This document shows, in pieces, positions 63,451 through 64,000 of a stretch of DNA of 64,000 nucleotides. Within the stretch, counting starts at the first letter, position 1. Each line of letters opens with the position of its first letter. The translations under genes and the position numbers were made by a program. The stretch is from Rhynchobatus australiae (taxonomy: Eukaryota). The DNA is taken from the NCBI GenBank assembly GCA_034780895.1, contig JAUZTB010000057.1, positions 21,114,443-21,178,442 on the forward strand, read 5' to 3'. Below the pieces are notes generated by a model. It saw only the letters and a list, made by a program, of their open reading frames with translations. It was not told the origin of the DNA and did no database searches.

Positions 63451-64000
63451 TCTTCTTCAACAATGATAAATGTTGTTTGCCTTTTGTACAGCTAAATGTT
63501 TAACTTTTGCACTTTGACCTTCATTTTTAAATAGTTTTGAGCAATGAGGGATCTTGTTGTTGTATTGGTGTGGGTAATTTGACAGATAACCTTATCATCA
63601 TTTAATAAATAATTTTTCAGTTGCCAAGAGATTTAATGAGCTGTTGCCTGCATCTGTGTGTGCATGTACACGGGTCTCATGCCATTGCTCTGTGCCTGAA
63701 CACACCAATCAGCAAAAGGCAAAAGATAACCAATCGCGAACATGGAAAAAGATCAGTCTGCTGCTTTCAATGCAAAGCAATGAACAAACATTCAAAATGC
63801 TCATCAATAATTAAATAGCAATTCATATCCCCCATTATACTCAGCACTTGCAGTTGCTAATATGTTTTTCAATAAAGTGAACTATAGGAAGTTACTGTGT
63901 AAGGGACTAAGTGTGTGGGGTAATCTCTTGGAGGCCCATCCAGTTCTGGGAAATGTTTATGATGAGCAGCAAGCGTGGACGTTGCAGAGCACACTGGAGT

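Overview
Vertebrate genomic DNA, inferred to be cartilaginous fish and probably a ray from its repeat content. The whole window lies inside one + strand gene, the homeobox transcription factor CUX2. I reconstructed 15 consecutive coding exons (equivalent to human exons ~5-19, numbering from memory; 8857-61145; 2931 nt spliced). All have GT/AG boundaries and mutually compatible phases. They encode the N-terminal coiled coil, CUT1, CUT2 and the start of CUT3; the first exons and the homeodomain lie outside the window. The introns hold CR1/L2 and RTE LINE fragments, V-SINE and DeuSINE relics, a Tigger-like MITE, a Harbinger Myb/SANT relic, a decayed 45-bp minisatellite, several enhancer-like TAAT-rich blocks and N gaps. 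The most interesting non-coding signal is a family of Penelope-like element (PLE) terminal repeats carrying a minimal type I hammerhead-ribozyme motif. It has a recurrent CUGAUG-C-A core variant and frequent short head-to-head palindromic derivatives. No copy has a fully canonical core, and there is no evidence of a prokaryotic or CRISPR system. Repeat boundaries are approximate and were read by eye.
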